From Thermovirgaceae bacterium (GTDB lineage Bacteria > Synergistota > Synergistia > Synergistales > Thermovirgaceae), in the NCBI GenBank assembly GCA_049974965.1, contig JBNGCT010000001.1:2624-66623 (forward strand): a DNA stretch of 64,000 bases, in the 5' to 3' direction. The translations under genes and the position numbers were made by a program. Below are positions 58,813 through 64,000 of the stretch, piece by piece. Position 1 is the stretch's first letter; each line of letters opens with the position of its first letter. The notes beneath the pieces are model-generated. The model made no database searches, was not told where the DNA came from, and saw only the letters and a list, made by a program, of their open reading frames with translations.

Positions 58813-59466
58813 ATGTCCCCTGAACGGAAAAATCTGCCGCGCCTTGACAGCCGCCCGAAAAAATGGGATTGCTCAGTCCAGTACGGACAATTCGAAAGGG
58901 GTAGGGCCTACAGGTTTTTTTGGGAACTTCCGCTTTACGGAACCGTTGTCTACGGGGGACAAACCTTCCGTTTCAACGGGAGCCTCGAAGCGCATGCGAA
59001 TATGCAGCGCCAGGGCGAACGGGTCATAGCGGATATCCGCGTACGCGCACAGTCGGAAGCACCCTGTTCCCGGTGCCTGGAAAAAACGGACCTTGCGCTG
59101 GAACATGAATTCCGGTATTTTTATAATTCGTCAAGTGATGAAGAAGAAAAAGCGGCAGACCTGGACGAACACACCGTACTCATTGAAAAAGAGGCGGGGA
59201 CGCTTGATATCTCCCACCAGGTATGGGAGACCCTGGTAATGGCCTTCCCGGAAAAGGTCCTTTGCCGGCCCGATTGCAAGGGGCTTTGTCCTGTTTGCGG
59301 TTGCAACCGGAACCGGAAAGTCTGTTCCTGCGAACCCACTGAGGGAGATCCAAGGTTTGCGGTCCTGGCGGAAGCGCTTGCCGAAGAAAAAGAGCGAAAA
59401 GGTAAAAAAGGGGGGACAAAACATGGCGGTACCCAAAAACAAGACTTCCCATTCGAGAACGCATAA
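58813..59466 (+). CDS. yceD: YceD/DUF177 family protein
   Basis: CSRCL, C..DCKGLCPVCG.NRN...C.C, DPRF..L; upstream of rpmF. Confidence 0.9.
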   Translation: MSPERKNLPRLDSRPKKWDCSVQYGQFERGRAYRFFWELPLYGTVVYGGQTFRFNGSLEAHANMQRQGERVIADIRVRAQSEAPCSRCLEKTDLALEHEFRYFYNSSSDEEEKAADLDEHTVLIEKEAGTLDISHQVWETLVMAFPEKVLCRPDCKGLCPVCGCNRNRKVCSCEPTEGDPRFAVLAEALAEEKERKGKKGGTKHGGTQKQDFPFENA

Positions 59467-59635
59467 TAAAAAGGCGAAATGGCTGGGGGCACTCAAGACC
59501 CCGGCCGTGACGGCATGTTCGCATTGCGGAGAGACCATTCTCGCTCACAGGGCCTGTCCTGAATGCGGATATTACCGGGGCAGGAACGTCAGCGTCAAAT
59601 CGGCCTCGGCCGAGGCGAACAAGGAAGGATCCTGA
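59423..59635 (+). CDS. rpmF: 50S ribosomal protein L32 (zinc-binding form)
   Basis: MAVPK.K.S, CSHCG...HRACPECGYY. Confidence 0.96.
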   Translation: MAVPKNKTSHSRTHNKKAKWLGALKTPAVTACSHCGETILAHRACPECGYYRGRNVSVKSASAEANKEGS

Positions 59636-59659
59636 TCGCGCCGATAACGGCAGCCTTGG

Positions 59660-59698
59660 ACCGGCATGGCGGGGAAGAATCCCCGCCATGCCGGTTTT
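59660..59698 (+). terminator. Terminator after rpmF
   Basis: 16-bp perfect stem ACCGGCATGGCGGGGA-AGAA-TCCCCGCCATGCCGGT then TTT. Confidence 0.8.
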
Positions 59699-59702
59699 AC
59701 TA

Positions 59703-59756
59703 TTGACCGACGGATCATGAATCGATATACTTGCCGTGTTCTGGTACCAGGTACTA
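59703..59756 (+). promoter_or_regulatory. fap operon promoter with FapR operator
   Basis: TTGACC-17 nt-TATACT (59703-59731) followed by near-palindrome TGGTACC-A-GGTACTA (59742-59756) resembling the Bacillus FapR box. Confidence 0.75.
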
Positions 59757-59781
59757 TTACCTGATAACAAGGATGGGAAAC

Positions 59782-60384
59782 ATGTCACGTTCTTCCGAAA
59801 AGCTCACGCGGCATCGCCGTATCCAGGCCGAACTCAAGATGGATCCGCTTTTAACGGACGAGGAATTGTCGCGGATGCTGGGCGTCAGCATCAGCACGAT
59901 ACGGCTGGATCGGGCCACACTCGGAATCCCGGAAGTGAGAGAACGAATGCGACTTATGGCCCAGCAGGCCCTTTCCCGACTCCGGTCGCTGAAACGCGAG
60001 GAAGTCATCGGAGACCTTGTTGAGCTTGATCCAAACCACGGAGCACTTTCGCTCTTGACGACAACACCGGAAATGGCGTTCAGGCATACGGAACTTGTTT
60101 CGGACCACTACATTTATGCACAGGCCAGTTCACTGGCAATAGCCGTGATCGAGGCCGACATGGTTTTCACAGGTGCGGCGAGATTGCGCTACCGCCTCCC
60201 GGCAAAAGTGGGCGAGCGGCTTGTCGCCCGGGCAAAGGTCGGCACACGGAAAGGAAACAAGTATGTAGTCAGTGTCAGGACCTCTGTCGGTGACCGGGAA
60301 ATATTCGTGGGGAGGTTTATTACCGTTGTGGGTGACCCCGAAAGCGCTTCCCGGCAAAACGGATCATTCCAGGACAGCAAATGA
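59782..60384 (+). CDS. fapR: Fatty acid biosynthesis regulator FapR
   Basis: P.LTDEEL....VS..TIRLDR..LGIPE.RER HTH, EVIGDL, AQA.SLA.A hot-dog domain. Confidence 0.95.
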   Translation: MSRSSEKLTRHRRIQAELKMDPLLTDEELSRMLGVSISTIRLDRATLGIPEVRERMRLMAQQALSRLRSLKREEVIGDLVELDPNHGALSLLTTTPEMAFRHTELVSDHYIYAQASSLAIAVIEADMVFTGAARLRYRLPAKVGERLVARAKVGTRKGNKYVVSVRTSVGDREIFVGRFITVVGDPESASRQNGSFQDSK

Positions 60385-60405
60385 GAGAAAGAGGAGAGAT
60401 ACGAC

Positions 60406-61419
60406 GTGCTGATAGCCCTTGACGCAATGGGAGGGGACCACGCTCCCGGTGAAATCTGCAAAGGAGCTGTCCTTGCGTGCAGACAGCACGGGGATATCGA
60501 GATCGCCCTCGTGGGGGAACCGGATGCTATCAGGCCTCATCTTGAAGATGCTGCCTCGGACACGATAAAGCGCGTTCACATCGTGGAGGCTGAGGAAACC
60601 ATTGATATGGCCGAATCCCCCGCCGTAGCAATACGCAAGAAACGGAGGTCAAGCCTTCATGTCGCCATGCAGATGGTTCGGTCCAATGAAGCCGTCGGTT
60701 GTGTTTCTGCAGGCAACACGGGCGCGATTGTGGCGGGCGGCGTGCTCATCGTCGGCCGTATCAAGGGAATAGAAAGGCCCGGACTGGGCATTCCCTTGCC
60801 CGCCCTGGCGCGTGTTAGTCTTTTGATCGATGTGGGCGCGACAGTCAGGTGCAAGCCCCTCAATCTTTACCAGTTCGCCCTGATGGGCGATGTATACATG
60901 AGAACGATCCAATCCGTCGGCACACCCCGAATAGGATTGCTTTCGAACGGCTCCGAGGAAATCAAGGGCGACGAACTCATCCAGGAGACTCACGCCCTTT
61001 TCAAGAACGCTCCTGTCAACTTTGTCGGAAATGTGGAAGGCCAGGATATCCCGATAGGCACCACTGACGTCGTCGTCTGTGAAGGACTGACCGGAAACAT
61101 CCTGCTCAAGTTCATAGAAGGCACCGGCGAAGCCCTTTTTTCATTGATCCGGGGGGAGATCCAGAAACGTTTTCTGCCCAAGGTGGGGATGGCCTTCATG
61201 TTTCCCATGCTCAAGGAGTTGTCCCACCGTTTTGATTACGAAAGAACCGGCGGAACACCCCTGCTGGGCGTCAACGGGGCAGTCATAAAGGCTCACGGAA
61301 GGTCGAGGGCCAGGGCCGTGAGCAGTGCCCTCGGGGTAGCCCGGGATTTCGTCAGAAAACAGGGGGTACAGTCCATAGTGGAAGAACTCGAGGAGGGAGG
61401 CGTGCAGATTGGGGATTGA
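60406..61419 (+). CDS. plsX: Phosphate acyltransferase
   Basis: IALDAMGGDHAP, SAGNTGA, I.RP, GG.PLLGV....KAHG. Confidence 0.96.
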   Translation: MLIALDAMGGDHAPGEICKGAVLACRQHGDIEIALVGEPDAIRPHLEDAASDTIKRVHIVEAEETIDMAESPAVAIRKKRRSSLHVAMQMVRSNEAVGCVSAGNTGAIVAGGVLIVGRIKGIERPGLGIPLPALARVSLLIDVGATVRCKPLNLYQFALMGDVYMRTIQSVGTPRIGLLSNGSEEIKGDELIQETHALFKNAPVNFVGNVEGQDIPIGTTDVVVCEGLTGNILLKFIEGTGEALFSLIRGEIQKRFLPKVGMAFMFPMLKELSHRFDYERTGGTPLLGVNGAVIKAHGRSRARAVSSALGVARDFVRKQGVQSIVEELEEGGVQIGD

Positions 61420-62401
61420 CTTTCGCATTCCCGTCGTCCTGAAAGGAACAGGAATGTATGTACCGGAAAAGGTACTTACCAACGATGACCTAGAAAAAAT
61501 GGTGGAGACCAGCGATGAATGGATCACTTCCCGCACGGGGATCCGGGAGAGGCATGTTTCTGACGGAGAGTTGACCAGCGATATTGCGGCAAAAGCCGGT
61601 GTCGCAGCACTCAAAGAGGCGGGCCTCGACCCGGAGGACATCGACATGGTTATTGTCGCGACGAATACTCCCGATACGGTCTTCCCGGGTGTCGGCCCGA
61701 AAGTGCAGTATCTGATCGGGGCTCAACGTGCCGGAGCTTTCGACCTCCAGGCCGGTTGCACGGGATGCGTGTACGCCTTGACTGTCGCCGCCTCGGGGAT
61801 TGGAAGCGGGCTGTGGAAAAACGTTCTGGTTATCGGTGCCGAGGTCCTGTCCAGGCTGCTTGACTGGAACGACCGAAACACCTGCGTGCTCTTCGGCGAC
61901 GGTGCCGGTGCGGCGGTTCTCACCGCCGGAGACGGCGACAACTCGATTCTGGCTGCAGAGCTTCATGCCGAAGGGGAAAAATCGGATCTCATCATATTCC
62001 CGGGCGGGCTTGTAGAGAAGCCTGCGACCCACGAAACTGTAGACGCAGGAGAACATTTTATCAAAATGAAGGGCAACGACGTGTTCAAGTATGTCAACAC
62101 CGTCCTGCCTCCTTTCCTGAAACGGCTTTGCGCCGATGCGGGCATGGAACCGAAAGATGTGGACTGGTGGATCTTTCACCAGGCGAACATACGGATCATC
62201 GAAGGCGTACTCAAAAGGATGAAGCTCGATCCGGCAAAATCGATTGTGAATCTGGACCGTTACGGTAATACGTCAGCCGCGTCGGTTTTTCTCGTTCTTC
62301 ACGAGGGCTTGCAGAAGGGCATGCTGAAAAAAGGCGACAGCGTTGTCATGACGAGTTTCGGCGCCGGGATGACCTACGGTGCCATCATGCTTCGTATTTG
62401 A
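61409..62401 (+). CDS. fabH: 3-oxoacyl-ACP synthase III
   Basis: TSDEWI..RTGIRER, AGCTG, LFGDGAGA, HQAN, GNTSAAS. Confidence 0.96.
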   Translation: MGIDFRIPVVLKGTGMYVPEKVLTNDDLEKMVETSDEWITSRTGIRERHVSDGELTSDIAAKAGVAALKEAGLDPEDIDMVIVATNTPDTVFPGVGPKVQYLIGAQRAGAFDLQAGCTGCVYALTVAASGIGSGLWKNVLVIGAEVLSRLLDWNDRNTCVLFGDGAGAAVLTAGDGDNSILAAELHAEGEKSDLIIFPGGLVEKPATHETVDAGEHFIKMKGNDVFKYVNTVLPPFLKRLCADAGMEPKDVDWWIFHQANIRIIEGVLKRMKLDPAKSIVNLDRYGNTSAASVFLVLHEGLQKGMLKKGDSVVMTSFGAGMTYGAIMLRI

Positions 62402-62411
62402 GGTGGTGATT

Positions 62412-63362
62412 ATGCTGCAAAACAACCGCATGAGAAAACTCCTTGGCATCGAATATCCGATACTCCAGGGAGGAATGGCCTGGGTCGCCGATGCCGAGCT
62501 GGCCTCAGCTGTAAGCAATGGAGGCGGACTGGGGGTTATCGCGGCAGGCAGCATGCCTCCCGATTTGCTTGAAAAGGAAATCCGTAAAGTGAAATCCATG
62601 ACGGACAAGCCTTTCGGCGTGAACATCATGCTGCTTTCGCCGACTGCCGAAGATGCCGTAGAGGTCGTTGCCCGTGAGCGGGTTCCCGTTGTCACGACAG
62701 GGGCCGGAAGCCCGGGCAAAGTCATAGAACGGCTGAAACCGCTCGGGACGAAGATCCTTCCCGTTATCGCGTCCATCGCCCAGGCGAAGCGCGTCGCCCG
62801 ACAAGGCGCTGATGCCGTTATCGCAGAAGGCATGGAAGCAGGCGGGCACATCGGCGAGATTACAAGCATGGTCCTGGTTCCGCAGGTTGCCGGTGCCGTG
62901 GACATGCCCGTTATTGCAGCAGGCGGGATCGCCGATGCGCGGGCGGTGGTGGCGGCTTTCGCGCTCGGCGCCGAGGGAGTCCAGGTCGGAACGCGGTTTG
63001 CCTGCTGCCAGGAATCAAGGGTCCACGAAGCGTACAAAAGGGAAATCATCAAGGCACGAGACAGGAGCACTGTCGTGACAGGCAGGGCGACGGGGCATCC
63101 TGTGAGATGCATCCAGAACAAGTTCACGAAACAGTTCGAGGCGCTGGAAAAAAGCGGCGCCGACGTGAAAGAACTGGAAGAATTCGGCACGGGAAAGCTC
63201 CGGGCCGCGGTGATAGAAGGCGACGTTGAATGGGGATCGGTCATGGCCGGGCAGACGGCCGCTCTTGTACAAGCCGTTGAGCCGGCGCAAAAAATCATTC
63301 ATGAGATGTTCGGGCAGACGATGGAAGTCTTGAAGTCTCTTGAAAAGAATCTCCTGGAATGA
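62412..63362 (+). CDS. fabK: Enoyl-ACP reductase II
   Basis: YPILQGGMAW, EGMEAGGHIG, AAGGIAD, GSVMAGQ; in fab operon. Confidence 0.93.
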   Translation: MLQNNRMRKLLGIEYPILQGGMAWVADAELASAVSNGGGLGVIAAGSMPPDLLEKEIRKVKSMTDKPFGVNIMLLSPTAEDAVEVVARERVPVVTTGAGSPGKVIERLKPLGTKILPVIASIAQAKRVARQGADAVIAEGMEAGGHIGEITSMVLVPQVAGAVDMPVIAAGGIADARAVVAAFALGAEGVQVGTRFACCQESRVHEAYKREIIKARDRSTVVTGRATGHPVRCIQNKFTKQFEALEKSGADVKELEEFGTGKLRAAVIEGDVEWGSVMAGQTAALVQAVEPAQKIIHEMFGQTMEVLKSLEKNLLE

Positions 63363-63376
63363 GAGGGATTGAGACG

Positions 63377-64000
63377 ATGCCATATGCGATGGTTTTTCCT
63401 GGGCAGGGTTCTCAGGAAGTGGGCATGGGGCGCGCCCTCACGGAGCGTTTTGAGACAGCCCGCAGCGTTTTCCGGCAGGCCGACGAGGCTTTGGGGTTCA
63501 ATCTCGGGAAACTGATTCTTGAAGGCCCCGAAGAGGAACTGAAGAAAACCGCCTTTGCCCAACCCGCAATTCTCACGGTGAGCATCGCTGTTTTTTCCGT
63601 GATCAGGGAAGAACTTGGTTTTGATCCAAATCCTGCGTACGTTGCAGGACACAGCCTCGGTGAATACTCCGCCCTTGTCGCAGGCGGAGCACTTGGTCTC
63701 GCCGACGGCGTTCGGCTCGTGCACCTGCGCGGCCGGCTGATGCAGGAGGCTGTCCCTCTCGGGAAAGGCACCATGGCTGCCTTGATTGGAATCGCAAGAG
63801 ACTCCGTGAAAGAAATCTGCGAGGAAGTTTCGCCAATAGGAGATTGTGAAGCGGCGAATTTCAATGCTCCTGGACAAATCGTCATATCCGGTGAAACGGA
63901 AGCCGTGGAAAAAGCGATGGACATTGCCAAAGACCGGGGAGCAAAGAGGGCTGTGCCGTTGAAAGTCAGCGCGCCCTTTCACTGCAGGCTTATGAAACCT
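63377..64000 (+). CDS. fabD: Malonyl-CoA:ACP transacylase (runs off the window end)
   Basis: Read manually: MPYAMVFPGQGSQ, AQPAIL, AGHSLGEY, ANFN, LKVSAPFH. Confidence 0.95.
   Translation, partial: MPYAMVFPGQGSQEVGMGRALTERFETARSVFRQADEALGFNLGKLILEGPEEELKKTAFAQPAILTVSIAVFSVIREELGFDPNPAYVAGHSLGEYSALVAGGALGLADGVRLVHLRGRLMQEAVPLGKGTMAALIGIARDSVKEICEEVSPIGDCEAANFNAPGQIVISGETEAVEKAMDIAKDRGAKRAVPLKVSAPFHCRLMKP

Noticed and set aside
59400-59466. yceD overlapping rpmF by 44 nt near an A6G6 run (possible slippage site)
   Set aside because: Both proteins are complete and the G-run serves as the rpmF SD

Overview
A mostly housekeeping 64-kb stretch from an anaerobic, amino-acid-fermenting diderm bacterium. 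The combination of a FadL outer-membrane protein with Firmicutes-type veg/purR/remA/fapR/tmcAL suggests Synergistota (inference). The accessory left end (1-16 kb) has a tungstate ABC transporter (tupABC) under a Moco/Wco-type riboswitch, several PLP and redox enzymes of amino-acid metabolism, FadL, rubrerythrin and Tpx. It is followed by a de novo purine operon (purC-S-Q-L-F-M-N-H-D-E, no purK) with a trailing YhcC radical SAM gene, a livF remnant, mobA-lepA-hemW, yedF/selA/selB, veg-ispE-purR, a ferredoxin, tRNA-Ile2(CAT), the trpS-scpAB-rluB-cmk-plsC-yicC-remA-gmk-rpoZ-coaBC-priA-der-hup run, rsmA, tRNA-Pro(GGG), a four-subunit 2-oxoacid:ferredoxin oxidoreductase, trmB-trmO-rsmD-coaD, tmcAL/ackA and the yceD-rpmF-fapR-plsX-fabH-fabK-fabD (partial) cluster. 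I saw no mobile elements or CRISPR arrays and no clearly new multi-gene system. The best leads are: (1) the radical SAM gene is in frame with purE across a single UGA and lacks a canonical start for its family-like N-terminus, in a genome carrying selA/selB; (2) hemW appears to start at CTG; (3) a partial antisense copy of the riboswitch core lies downstream of its terminator; (4) a Cys-less class V PLP enzyme is coupled to a homoserine dehydrogenase; (5) an unexplained structured leader precedes mobA. All calls come from motif recognition by eye; no database searches were run.
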